A stretch of 64,000 nucleotides of DNA from Camelus ferus (taxonomy: Eukaryota): NCBI RefSeq assembly GCF_009834535.1, contig NC_045696.1:49726001-49790000 (forward strand). The letters run 5' to 3'. Positions 12,391-25,559 of this stretch are shown here, one piece after another. The notes below the pieces were generated by a model, which was given only the letters and a program-made list of their open reading frames with translations, was not told where the DNA came from and ran no database searches. The translations under genes were made by a program, and so were the position numbers. How positions within the stretch are numbered: the first letter of the stretch is position 1; each line of letters begins with the position of its first letter.

Positions 12391-15300
12391 ATCTACTTGT
12401 TTTAAATTGGTAGTCACCTCACCCACATTTTGTGTTTTTGATGTCATGTTTTGCATCTTCATTTCTATCCTTTACCTTTTTGTTGTAGTTATAGTTGATT
12501 TTACATTTTTGTCTTTTAACTTCCATGTTCACTTACTTAAGTGGTTGAGCCACAATCTTTACTATGTATTTTCTTTCCTATAAATTCTCACTTCTTGTTG
12601 TAGCTGTTTCATTTCCACTTAGAGAAGATCCTTTAACACTTCTTGGAGGGTTGCTTTAGTATTAATGAACTCTTAGTTTTTACTTGTCTTAGAAGTTCTT
12701 TATCTCTTCTTCACTTCTGAATGATAACTTTGCGGGTAGAGTATTCTGAGTTGTAGGTTTTTTTCAGCACTGTGTATAAATCATGCCACTCTTTTCTCAC
12801 CTGCAAATTCTCTGCAGAAAAATCAGATGATAACCTCATGGGGATTCCCTTGCATGTAACTTCTTGTCTTTCTCTTGCTGCCTTTAAAATTCCATCTTTA
12901 TCTTCAACTTTTGCCATTTTAATTGCAGTAATTTCTTGACGTGAGTCTCTTCGGATTTATCTTGTTTGGAACTGTCTGTGCTTCCTGTACTTGGAAATCT
13001 GTTTCCTTCTTCAGCTTCGGGAAGTTTCCAGACATAATTTTATCAAATACATTTTCTTCCCCTCTCTCTCTCTCTTCTCCTTCTGAGATCCCTATAGTGC
13101 GAATGTTATAACACATGATGTTGTCTCAGAGGTCTCTTCAACTTCTCATTTTAAACATTTTGTTTTTCTTTTTGCTGTTCTGATTGGGGGATTTCCCTTA
13201 TTCTGTCTTCCAGATGGCTTATGTATTGTTCTGTATCACAACCTAGTCTGTTGTTAATTCCTTCTAGTATATTTTTCATTTCAGTTATTGTATCCTTCAG
13301 CTTTGACTGGTTCTCTTTTATATTTTCTAACTTGTTAAAACTGTCACTGTGTTCATCTATTCTTCTCCCAAATTCAGTTGGCATTTTTATAACTAATGCT
13401 TATAACATCTTTATCTGGTAAATTATTTGTTTCATTGGGGTTTTTTTTTTTTTCAGGACTTTTTTCACTTTCTCCCACTTGAAACAAATTCCTCTGTCTT
13501 GTCACTTTGTTTAAATGTCTCTGTTTCTGTGGAATTAGGTGAAAAGTTACTATTTGCAGTCATCTTGAAGGAGTGTCTTTGTGGGGGAGCATCCCTATGC
13601 ATTCTGCATGTGTCCACTGGCCTTGTTGAGAGAGAGAGATCTGAAGTGAGCATGAATCACATCTTCCTCTAGGGTGTGCTGTCAGCTGCCACCTTGGTGG
13701 GAAGTAGGGCTGGAGATGGAGGGGCTAGAGCCAGAGCCAGTTGTGAACAGGGACTTCTCCTTTGCTCAGTGGCTGACACCACCCAGTCAGGTCCCAAGGT
13801 ACTGCAGCAGAAACCCTTTGGGTTGGTCCAGACTGGTTCCATTCCCTCTGATTGTGTACTTTTCCCAGCAGTGGCACCTCCGCCCTAGTGAAAAGCAGGT
13901 CTGAGCAAGAAGGACTGAAGTGGAGCTTGGTTGAGGCTGGGTTGCATGCTGGGACAGTCCCAGCAAGCCTGTCAGAGCCCCGGGCTGTCTCCTATTTGTT
14001 GCTTCCGTGAGCACTCACGGGCAAGCCTGCCCTCACCCTGTTCAGCGACAGGGCCTGGTAGATCTGGCTCCGCTTCCACCACGTGTGCACCACTCCCCCC
14101 ACAAGGGCGCCTTTGCCCCAGTGTCGAGCAGCAACAGAGCAAGAGGGGCTGGAGCAGGCACCTGGTGCAGACTAGGGGACAGGGTGGGGTGGTTGCAGGA
14201 AACAGATTCCTGGGCAGTTTTCAGTCTGCTTCCTCCCCCTTGTTCCTGAAGGTAAGGGAGCGTGTGTACCCATTCTTCATGAGTGGAGCCTCAGTTTCTT
14301 ACAGCACCCCCATAAGTCCTACCGGTTTTCAAACCAGCTAAGGGGACTCATCTTCTCTGTGTTGGACCCCAGGGTTGGGGTGCCCAATGTTTGGCTCAAA
14401 CACCTCACTCTCAAGAGAGGATCCCTGATCCCATGGTATCCCCCTTCGCTTCTGTGTTCCCAGATGCAGGCCCTGACCTAATTCTTTCTGGCTCCCTACC
14501 TGACTCCACGTGGATCTTTCTTCACAGCCTTGGTTATAGATAAGCCTTTCTTCCAGCCTCCAATGTGTGTGCAGTGAGAGTCACTCCACTTGTGGATACA
14601 GTTGTGCTGTGTTCACTTGGGCGGTCACTCAGCATCCTCCTTCTCTGACTTCTTGATCTCTCTGACATCCAAATCTACAATTTTTTAATTTCCTTCAACT
14701 TTTGTTCTTCACAGTCTTCTTTCACTTTCTGGAACAACCAGATACTTAAGACAAAAGCACTTAAAGATATTGGAAATTTAGTTTAAGCTGACACATCACA
14801 GAACAGCATTACTATTGCTATGAAAATATTTGTCACAATTACAATTCAGTTTAGTTGAGCACAGATTTTACATTTTTTAAAATCTTGAACTGTATATGGA
14901 AGTAATCTTAGCTTATCTTTTCAGTAAGCTAATATAAAACATTTAAGAAGTTCAGATAAACTAATTTCTTTATGATAAAACAAATCCAAACTTATTTTAA
15001 AAATGAAATTACACTTGTATTATACTGTACACCGATAAAATAAGGCAAAGATATATAGCTGTTTTTTAAGCCAAATACAGTCAAGTTTGATTTTAAACCA
15101 AAATCAGGTCAGTCTTTGATAATTTGTGCAAGGATTCACTTTAATCATGTGCACTTGTATTCCAAAGGAGAAAAAAACTGCATCTGAAGTCGGCAGTTTT
15201 GATGAGGAAAGTCTTTCTTGAAAGGAGAACACATTTAAATTATTAGAATTTTGTTTTTTTTTTTTTCCCTTGGAATCTTGGGAATGTTAGATTTATTTAA

Positions 15301-17705
15301 ATGCTTACTAGTCTCTATAAACCGATCATAATAGAGCTCCATTATATTAGTTTATTATTATCCTCAGGAGGTAGGAAAATATTTCACTCACACAGTGATT
15401 TTTTTCTCAGGTATAGAGACTGGGTGAAAAATATTGTCCTGATTTGAGTTAACAGAAAGAAAAACAACAAACAAATGAGAAACGATGACAGACAAATGCT
15501 CAGCCTTCTCTCACCTGAGCAAGGCTAGATTCCAGTTCTGCCTGACAGATCGCCAAGTGGTCAGACTGCAAAACCAGATTCCCAGTCACTGCACCACTGA
15601 TGGGGTTAATTGTTGGCTGTGTGCAGACTGAAACTTCAATCAGACGTGGCCAAGAATCAGAAGTGCAGAGCAGGAAAACAAAAACTTCAGAGAGTAGTGA
15701 GTCAGTGAAGGTAGAGTTCTCCTGCCTTTTTGGATTTACTCCAAGAGCCAAGAAAAGACGTGCCTGGGCTTCCAGCCTATGAGGTATTCTTGGTGAGCAG
15801 TGCAGTTTAACTGACCCTATAGGTGTCCACTGGCACAATTCACTGGGACCTCCAAATTGTCAAAGCGTAATTTTCAAAAAAATAAGTCCAACTCTTAGAC
15901 AAATGTTGAATTAATAGATGCCAAAGATGTAATGAATGTATTGACGTGGAAATTAAGCAGGATAAAGTTAGTTCACTAAACATAATTTCTGCAGTATTTT
16001 TTTAGGTTAGTTGTGATTATACTATTGTTTCATTTGAGGTTTTTTTTTTTAACTTGTGTAATCTTTATTTGAAAACTCAAGGTTGAGTATGAAAGATTGC
16101 ACTCTAATCATGAACCTCCAGGACCTACTAATGAGAAATAACTATCCAGTGAGTCAACTTTAAATAGCTTCCAACTGCTGGGCTATTTGAGATGTTTAGT
16201 TTTTTATAATTTTTCTTCCTTCTTTTTTGCTCTCAACTTTCAATTTTTCTTTTGTCATTATGCCAGCCCTTTTTTAAGTTATGATTTTTAGAAACCGGCT
16301 ATCAAGATTTGTTTAAAAATATTCTAAACTGAGAGTAACGAGGTGCAAGCGAGGCATTGAAAGGGTCTGTGTGCATGAAGTGTGTGCCCTTTAGCTCGCA
16401 GACCTTGGGACGTCCTTTTGCGGTGGTCAGTGGTTGTTTACACTTCCTAGCTCTGAGCTGGTTTCCAAGCAGGGGTAATGGGTAAGGCACGTCTAGTGGG
16501 CTGGGGTGCTGATCTTTTAACAAAGTAGATGTTCAAAAGGTGAAATAAATCACTATAAAGTAGATAGGAGTGGGATGTTCTTTTCTTTATCTCATTTGAT
16601 ACCTGCATCCCTTCCAGTAACGCAGAGGTAGTGACGGCCTTCTAGTTCATTTAGAGCAGTTAAAGTCATTTTAAAAAGAGAAAGGGAAAATAAAAAACTT
16701 AAAGCAAACCCTACTGCTATTAAGAGTATTCATCTGGCTACATTACCAAAAGCATCTGTGTGCTATTGTGGAGAGCCAGTGGATTCCCACAAATTGCTTT
16801 GTAGCAACCTAATATTTTCTTTCTGGCTGATGATGGTCATCAGCGGTGCCTTGATAAACAGCATTGTCGCCATTTAGAACTATGTGGGGCCACACTTGGC
16901 ATTTATTTCTCAAACATATTGTAATATGATGCCAGTTCTCATGAGGCACCATGGAGTAAGGCTTTCTGGCTTTTTACGTACTCTACAAACCCTGAAGATA
17001 AGGTTGACTTTCTTTCAAGACACGTATTAACACTTTCATGGCATTTATTATTTGAGTAGGTGAAATGTCTAGGTCAGTGATTCTCTACAACTTGGAAGGT
17101 GTTTTGTTCTAATGGTGTCTCCAAAAGCACTTTACAACCGAAGAATTTTAAGTTGCAAAGGGCTGGGACCATCCATGCCTGTCTTGCTGACTGCTGTGCA
17201 TTCACTTAGTAGCCAGATGACTAGAGTATGGGAAGCATTCTACACATGTCTTTGGAAAGAGTAAATGACATTCGTCCTGGCTTTCCTTATTCTGTGGTTG
17301 TAGACTGCACCCCTAGTTCCCAGACATCTTACGTTTATACACTTAGTTCTAGGTAACAATGAAGCCCTATACAGAAGAATGCAAATATCTCAGCACAAAT
17401 GCATCCTTCTCTTCCAGAAATGGCAAAATTCCCTTCCACTTTTCAATTAAAAATAAAAAGGTGAGGATGAGATATTTTTCTTTCTGTTGAAACTTTTGTG
17501 ACATTCTTTGTAAGAATTGGTGCTGTTCAGGATCATACAAAGCCAAGGCTTGTGTACTTTTGAGAAGACAATAGATCTAATGATTCTAGAATTAAATAGA
17601 AGTATAATTGAGCATATTTAAGGAGTTGTATAAAATGTAAAATGAAATTTTATCAAAATGTGTATTTCTTTAATCTCCCTAAGGTGGTAAGACAGATACT
17701 ATTTT

Positions 17706-18240
17706 TAAAAAAATTTTATCTATGTTGTTGCAAATGACATTATTTTATTCTTTTTTATGGCTGAATCGTATTCCATTGTGTATATACAAACCACGTCTTC
17801 TTTATCTAGTCATCTGTTGATGGACATTTGGGTTTTTCCATGTCTTGGCTATTGTAAATAGTGCTGCTATGAACATTGGGGTGCAAGTGTCTTTTTGAAT
17901 TACACTTTTCTCTGGGTATATGCCCAGGAGTGGGATTGCTGGATCATATGGTAAGCCTGTTTTTAGTTTTTTAAGGAACCTTCATGCTGTCCTCCATAGT
18001 GGCTGCACCAATTTACATTCCCCCAAGAGTGTAGGAGGGTTCCTTTTAATCCACACCTTCTCCAGCATTTATCGTTTGTAGACTTTTTAGTGATGGCCAT
18101 TCTGGCTGGTGTGAGATATCTCATTGTAGTTTTGATATGCATTTCTCTAACAATTAGTGATGTTTAGCATCTTTTCATGTGTTTTTGGACATCTGTCTGT
18201 CTTCTTCAGAGAGATGTCTATTTAGGTCTTCTGCTCCAAT
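17706..18240 (-). mobile_element. Short L1 insertion (ORF2 C-terminal region) with 16-bp TSD
   Basis: Typical L1 text (tatgcccaggagtgggattgctggatcatatggtaag); TSD agaca(g/c)atactatttt at 17690-17705 and 18241-18256. Confidence 0.92.
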
Positions 18241-20270
18241 AGACACATACTATTTTAAAGATCAGAGAGTAAACAGATTTTAAAATTCAGTTTTCTGATT
18301 AGGGAAAATTGTTTGAGAACCCAAGATGAGTGAGCACTGTTAGGTGAAAGTTACTCTCCCTGTAGGTGTGTTTTACTTCTGTACCTGCTTCTTGCTGCCT
18401 CCACTTCCTAGTGACTCCTGACCCTGAAAGACAGTTTGGGCATTCAGACCTTTCTGTACTATACACTGGACAGCATTACTTAGTTGGAGGCAGAATGGAC
18501 AGTGTTATTAGAATGTCTGTTGCTGCCTAGCCATCTTTTTTTTATTTTCCCCTAAGAAGAATGTGTTTGAAATGTGAAGGCAAGCTTAAGTACTGAACAC
18601 TGTTTTGTACCCCAATCTGACTTGAAAGGCATCTCCTTCCTGATGTGGCCCTTCCTCTTGCTACATCCTGACTACAGTTTTAGTTTAAAAAAAAAAAAAA
18701 AAGGTTACCCTAGTGGGAAGTGACCCACTTAAACTGCAAATGGGGTGAGAGGCTGGTTTACAAACCAAATAAACTTGGTGACTCAGACTTTTTAAAGGGA
18801 TATTTAGATATTATGACTTACTTCCTGTATTCTGAATTGGAATGCCCATTATTACATTAATTGATTTGATCTTCAGAATTAACATAAGCCTCAGACTGAT
18901 TTGTTTCTGTGGAGCCTTGCTTTTCTTAGCTCTTACGTTTAAAACAGCCAGTCAACTCTCTGCCATTATCTGCCTTGTTTGGATGGTTTATGGAGTCTAG
19001 CTCAGAGATACAGTGTGAGCTGTAAATGAGAACCATGTAACTTCAGATTTTCTTACACTGAAAAAAAACTTTAAAAAAAAGTGAAATCAATTGTAACATA
19101 TTGGACAGCACAGGATTAGATTAGTGATACTGTCTACACCTAAATAAACTATCCATTCTCTAAGCCCAACTTCTATCATTTCTAATAAAATAAGAGTAAA
19201 TCTATAACCAGTGGACAATATAAAGTAGACTTATCTATGGTCAGATCGCCTTGGGTCATTAGAGAAAAACATCTTTATCTTTTAAATAGCAAATTGTTGG
19301 CATAAATGTAGATGTTCAGTAAATATTGAATTAATCATTAGCAAATTGAGATTGTCAACTGTCCTCAGTTAACTGAGAATAAAAACAGCTGCCAGTCTGT
19401 TTTCTTCTTCAGTTGGAGGGCTAAATGGGTAGAAGAGGAATGGGAAGGGAAAAAAATACCATTTAGCAATAATCTAGTGACTCCACATTGGGGAAACACA
19501 GAGCCAAAGTCTCAGTGTAATTCTGTGTTACAGTAGCCTGTGACAGTTGCTGTTAAAAGCAGGCTCCTGACTACTTGAGAGCAAAACCCTGGGTTCTTGT
19601 TATAGTGGCAGTACAAGCTCTTGCCTCTTGATGGTGCCACACATTTAAAAATCCCTGCTTAGAACCGAGGGATGTGTACAGCGCCTCTTATGTAGCATAA
19701 TTTAGCATTCTTGGGCTAAATGCTGAAATACAGAATGTAACTTAAACTAAAAGGAGGCCCTGTATGCCACTATGTCACTTATAGGAAAAGTCACATTCTT
19801 TTTCTAAAATGGTAAATCAACATAGAAAAACATATAAACTAGATGAAAATGGAAAACGCAGCATATCAATACCAACAGGTACATGGGAGAGGGCTGATGA
19901 GGGAGGACTATTGATTCTTCCCAGGAAAAACAACCTGCATATTTGTTGTCAAATTATTTAGTATTTCTAAATTAAAAGCCATTTATTGACCTGCCTTTTA
20001 AAAATCTCTCATCAAATAATAGATTTAGTGACTATGCTGGCTAATTCTTGTAATGAGAGATTTTCTTCCTTAATTCTAGAAAAGTTTATGGGAATAATTT
20101 GCTATGAAGAATATTTTTAAATTTTAAGATTGACTCTTCGAAAAAAAAAAAAGTCCAAAACAAGTATTAGAAGTCAGACACATTCATTGCTTTTTAATGG
20201 AAGAATTTTGATTCAGCCTTCTCAGTGCATAAGGTAAGACCTATTAGAAGGCATTTTTAAAAGTTAAACT

Positions 20271-21372
20271 CTTTATTTTGAGGTAGTTGTAGATTCCCGT
20301 GTATTTAATTATAAGAAATAATTCAGGGAGATCCTATGTACCCGTTACCAGTTTCCTCCAGAGGTAGCATCTTGTATGGTGCACACTCTAGTGTAATGTC
20401 ACAACCAATGTTAATGAGTCCAAGCTTGTACTGCTTGCCCCGTGACAGGCCAATAAATTGAGAGACAAACTGTTGGGGCAAGGAATAGCGACTTTATTCA
20501 GAAAGCCAGCAGACTGAGTAGATGGTGGACTAGTGTCCCAAAGAACCATCTTACCAGAGTTAGAATTTAGGCTTCTTCTATACTAAAAGGGGAGGAGATG
20601 GGGTTGGTTTTTGCGAACTTCTTGGTGGACTTTGTTCTTGCAGCTGTCTGCATGGGTCAGATCAGGATGCTTCTGTAAACCTCCAGTGAGAGAAATGTTA
20701 TTCTCTGTTCTGCAACTTTTTGTGTCTACGTGAATGGAAAAGCGTTATATCTTTAAAGGTCAGAGCCTTGAGAACTGGTTATCTTGTATATTTCAGGCTA
20801 TAGGCTGCATTCTTAACTTATAGCAAAAGCAATAAAATACAAAGGTTAAAGTAAAAGAAACAAATCTATTATGGAGTCAGGGTATCGACAGTGATCCAGT
20901 TAAAGTACAGAACAGCTCTAACACCACAAGACTTTCTCCTGTTTTCCCTTTTTAGCCACTCCTGCTTTCCTCCTACCCTCATCTCCTCCTCAATCCCTGG
21001 CAACCACTGGTCTGGTCTCTATTTCTATAATCTTGTCATTTCCAGAATGTTACATAAGCATAATCATATACTATGCAGCCTTTTGAGTTTGGGTTTTTTT
21101 CATTTCTGCACCTCTGTCTAGAGATTGAGCCAGGTTGCTGCATGTTGTTGCCTCTTCTCCAGCTTCAAGTTTGGGATTTATGAGGCCAAAGAAAATCAAG
21201 GGTACCCATCTCTGCTTTTCCTTGAGTCCCTAGATTCCTAGCTGACCTACTGCCTTCTCTCCATCATTCAGGGTCTTATACTTGTCTTATATACAAAATG
21301 TCTAGGGTTCTTAGTTGTGCTTAGAAGAATAGGGAAAAGGACCTCTACGCCAACTTCCCAGAAGGAGAAATC
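20271..21372 (-). mobile_element. Old L1MC-type element: 3' end (split by an LTR) joined to an L1M4-type 5' end
   Basis: 20271-20408 and 20881-21147 match an L1MC1/2-like 3' end; about 21148-21372 matches an L1M4-like 5' tip (sense gatttctccttctgggaagttggcgtagag...ttttccctattc). Confidence 0.7.
20409..20880 (-). mobile_element. ERV1 solo LTR, cetartiodactyl MER41-like
   Basis: TG terminus tgttaatgagtccaagctt, reverse polyA signal tttatt near 20494, and the aaagtaaaagaaacaaatctattatggagtcag block; the right end appears clipped. Confidence 0.75.
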
Positions 21373-22926
21373 AGTAAGATTGGTTTTTTAAAATTCAAAA
21401 TAGCCAAAAACTTTGCTCTGGTGAAGTCTAATTGACTATGAGGGGGAAATATTTCTGTGGGAGCATGTTCTATTGAGGAATTTTGGCTTGGAAAAATGGA
21501 TATTTTTTCTCATTTAAAATTGCTAAGACCCTACCCTAGCTTTGGGATTGCAGTTTAGATTAGATTAGATGTAGGTTAGATTGCAGTTTAGAGAAAAGAC
21601 AATTTTAAGAAAATGCTAAGTAAAATTAAAAAGAACAAGTTTCTCCTTTATTATTCTTTCACTTTGATTATAGAATAACAGGGACTTTGTTATTATAGAA
21701 TAATAGCTGTTATAGAATAACAATAACTTTGAAAGTCTGCCTTTTCCATCAGATCACGAAGAACAAGGCCTAAGTCATGTTAGGCGGAGATTAGAATTTT
21801 TGAAAGTTATCCCAGCAACTCCAGTATAGAAAGAAGACATGTCATTGTTTATTTTGACTTTCTATATATGAAACTCTATAGCATGCTTTTAAAATTTAAC
21901 ACACAGCATTTTCCATGAGCTGTATCTCCCATAAATAGTTGCATGGCAATGCTTTCAGTTGATATGTGATAGCTCACCCCCCTTTTTTCACACCTTAGAC
22001 TTCCTACTTTTTTACTTCACCGACTTCTTTATGCGTTAAAAAAAAAAGAGTTCTTTTATTTTTTTTAGGATAGATTTTCAAATGTGAAGATTGAGTTGTG
22101 GTACCTCTCATGCACTGGTTTTGATTGAACAAAATAAAACACTACATAAAATTCTAAAAGCATGTCAATGGGTTGTATTTTGTAAACTGTGGTCTTTCAG
22201 GGAAAACAAAAAACAAAAAGATCCTCTGAAACTTAGTTAAGCCAAGGTGAAAATGTAAACAAATGACAGCCCTATCGGACTTTATTTTGTCATGTTTTCT
22301 TTAATGGTGTGGGTAATAGCATAATCTCTTTAACAGAAGGGGCTCAGGCACCATGTAGATTTTCTTCCAAAACACTGTCCATGTAAGAGATATTATGTTC
22401 ATGTAGTATCTGGCGTATTTTTCTTAGACATTGTGGAAATTATGGTCATTTTAATCACATGAATTTCCTTTCTTTACAGCCAGTGTTTTTTAGTGTACAG
22501 GGAGAAGTGTATTATTTTCCACCTTAAAATGCCTGAGTAGAAGCAATAATGTTGTGGGGTAATTCATAATGGGCCTTTTCTTTCAAATGATGACTTGTAA
22601 ATTTTAAGTAGTTCACCTCAACCCCGATATTTTATAAAAGTAAAATTTTTCATAGCTCTCATGTCTGTCAGTTGAGTTTAAACGGCAACGTGATGCAAAA
22701 AGGCATCAGAAAAGGACTAAAATGCAGAAGATCCTAGTTAGATAGTCATTGTGGTCAGAGATTAACTTAAGTCTACCTAACAGATGCAAGGAATAACTAG
22801 AGGCAGAAAAAGCAAGTTGAGAAAACATTCTCGAGGGTGAAAAAGTAACAGCATTAGTTTACTCAAGTGATAACATTTTAGGACAAGTCTGATGTAAATG
22901 AAAATCAAAATAAATGTTACCTCAGC

Positions 22927-23025
22927 ATATATATGTATTATATATTATCTATATAATTGTATAACATTATATATTATTAAATTATTAAATATATTAATTG
23001 AATATATTTAGTAAATTTATTAATA
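22927..23025. repeat. AT-rich low-complexity tract
   Basis: atatatatgtattatatattat... almost pure A/T. Confidence 0.85.
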
Positions 23026-23829
23026 GATAGATAAGTAGGTAGACAGATTTTTTTTTTCAAGTATAAGCTCCTTCCAGAATAGGAGGACAGCTAGAAAGTA
23101 TAGGCAAGTGGGTTTAAGGGAGCTATTTACACACCAGTGAGTAATAGTAATTAAAAATAACAATCAGGAGTGTGAGGATTTGATTTATGAAGTGAGATTA
23201 AAAACTGAATTTCTTTGGGTATGAGGAAAGGCAGGATGTGATAAGTCCCTCAGGTATTTGAGCGAGGCATGCACTCATAGGGCAGGGACACTGATTATCT
23301 CTGGTGTTTGAGCTGGAGCCAAGGGAGCTGGAGCCAAGTGTCTAGTTCACACTAGACACTTGAGTTTTATGTCAAGGGTGAAGTGTATGTGCTGGATAGA
23401 AGAATGGATTTCATGGAAGGTAGTTCTGTCTAGAAGTTACTCCACTGGACTTGCTCTGCTGTAGGGAATACATGATGCTCTGTCTTGTTGGGGATAGAGG
23501 GACCAAACGGCAGTGAGAGACAGAAAAGACTCCTTCCCCAGGTTATTATGGCGACTGGGATCAGGCACATGATCCACCCCAGGGAGAAATTTTGGGGCAG
23601 TGAGGGAATTCTCTCTCTTTCCAGACTGGCAAAGAATCCCACAGATGTGTGAATTTTCAGAGAGACATTTGGCTGCATAACATATTTTTCCTGTATTTCC
23701 TTTGCATGAAAACAATCGGGTTCGGTTTTTAGGTTTGCTTGTTAAACCAGTATTAGAGATGGTTCCCCAGGACAGACAGGGCAATTATCTACTTCACATC
23801 AAATTTTTGATGGAAACCATCCCTAATCA

Positions 23830-24090
23830 TGGTTAACAAACACTGAGCACTTGCTATATAGCACCAATTTTAAACTTTATGGTATAAAGTGTATAAAGTG
23901 TTCTCATACACACTCCCTTATTGATTTCTCCAAGAACCTAAAGTGGGCGCTAATTTTACCATCTCTGCTTTATAGGCCAGGTAGTAGACTTGAAAGGTTG
24001 AACTTGATAAAAAAACTTCTGTGTTATGGATCTGGTAAGTGCCAGAGCTTCAAATCCAAATAAATGTTCTTTCCACTTAATCAAACTTAA
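23830..24090 (-). mobile_element. Degenerate MIR SINE
   Basis: actgagcacttgctatat...gtaagtgccagagcttcaaatccaa resembles reverse MIR; heavily diverged. Confidence 0.45.
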
Positions 24091-24669
24091 CACAGATTCC
24101 GCTCTAAAAGTCCAGCTGTTCTGTGGGAAAGAGAAGCCAATTTGCCCCACAAATCATAAAATATAAGATGACAGAGTTACTGAGCTCCCCTCCTATCTTT
24201 ATTTCAAAGTGGTTCTCCTGTTTCTGGTCACTCTGCCCCTAATTTTCCTGGAGAAGTGAGAGGTGTGTCTTCACTTACAGGACGTACAGTCTGCACAAAG
24301 GCAGGGCACACTGCCCCAGACTGCAAAGGGCTGGGAATGATGGAAGTGAAGTGTTGCGCATTGGCAGCTTCTTTGAGATGGGGGTGTAGGGTGTTGGGGC
24401 GTGAAGGAAAGAGGGGATGTAGGAGGAGAGAGCTACTGCGTGACCTGATAAGAATAATTTATTGTTTAGACTTTGAGTGGGGAGATAAGGAATTTGAGTA
24501 CATTTTCAGACAGGGGAAGAAGTCAGTAGAAAGGAAATAAAGAGTTTAGGAGACGGGATAATTGATTGATCAAAGCCACAAGGATGGTGGGAGGGAATAC
24601 GGGTACAGTAGTGCAGACAGAAGGCTTTGCCTTGGAAAGACTGAGAGACTGTCCTTAGAAAACTGAGCT

Positions 24670-24910
24670 AATTCTTTTATTGTGTTTACTGTGTCTTGGA
24701 CACCATTCTAAATGCCAGCCATATTTTTTTTTTTTTAATTTTCACAACCACGCTGTAAGATAGATACTCCAGTAATCCCCTGTTTTATACTAAGACTCAG
24801 AGAAGCTAAATGACTCGAGTCATTTAGGGCCACACCAGTAGCTATGGAGTCAGCATTCAAGTCCAAGCAGTCTGGCCCCAGAGTTCCTGCTTTCAGCCAC
24901 TATGGTACAG
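24670..24910 (-). mobile_element. MIR SINE
   Basis: taattttcacaaccacgctgtaagatag...aagactcagagaagctaaatgact...attcaagtccaagcagtctggccccagag reverse MIR core. Confidence 0.8.
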
Positions 24911-25559
24911 TGAGGAAAGGAGGACCAGCTCGATAAAGATGACAGAGGAGGGATATTTACGGAGTTTAAGCAAGATGGCCTGGATCTCCTTCGGCAGTGT
25001 CTGTGCATTGGAGTGTATTGAGTATATTTGAGAAGCAGGTACTGAAAACTCACTGAGTGGTAAGTGGTCCTAGTTATTTGCACATGTCTTACTCTCCCTT
25101 GGTCCTTGGTTATCCATTACTGTGGGGGAGGGTAGGTGTATGTGATACAACGTCCTACTAGTTATAGGTGTATAACAAATGTTTGTTTATCAATTAGTAG
25201 CTGTCACATTATTAGTAACTCTTCGAATATCTTGCAGTTGCCTCCGGAACAGACACAGTCCCACAAAATCATCTTTTATTTGTCGGATGTGCGTCTTTCC
25301 AGCTCAGCCCTTCTGGTGGGGCACACACACACACCTGCTTAAACTCCGGCTGGCAGAGTAAAGCACATTCCTCACCACAAGCCTGAATGCAGACTTCCCA
25401 GCCAGCTTATAAAATAAAATATTTTTAGCTAGATATTGAACTAACTTCCATGAAGATAATTTGTAAAACCAAACAATAAGAGCTCCTTACTTATATGTAC
25501 TGTTTCTTAATCAGGTCGTTTTTCTCAACTGATAAAAACGATACTGAGGCCATGTTTGG

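Larger units (their letters stand above)
11806..14662 (-). mobile_element. L1 5' portion (5'UTR, broken ORF1, inter-ORF, start of ORF2 endonuclease), 3' part missing
   Basis: Minus-strand ORF1 fragments in the ORF track (NIRTIGISEGEERE, ILKAARERQEVTCKGIPMRLSSDFS); gtattgctaccccagctttc is the reverse of the ORF2 KKAGVAI region; 5' tip near 14662. Confidence 0.92.

Noticed and set aside
13427..14341. Cluster of overlapping ORFs
   Set aside because: All fall in the GC-rich L1 5'UTR, where stop codons are scarce.
21668..21730. Three spaced copies of ttatagaataa (CRISPR-like spacing)
   Set aside because: Too short, irregular spacers, eukaryotic AT-rich intron; local duplication explains it.
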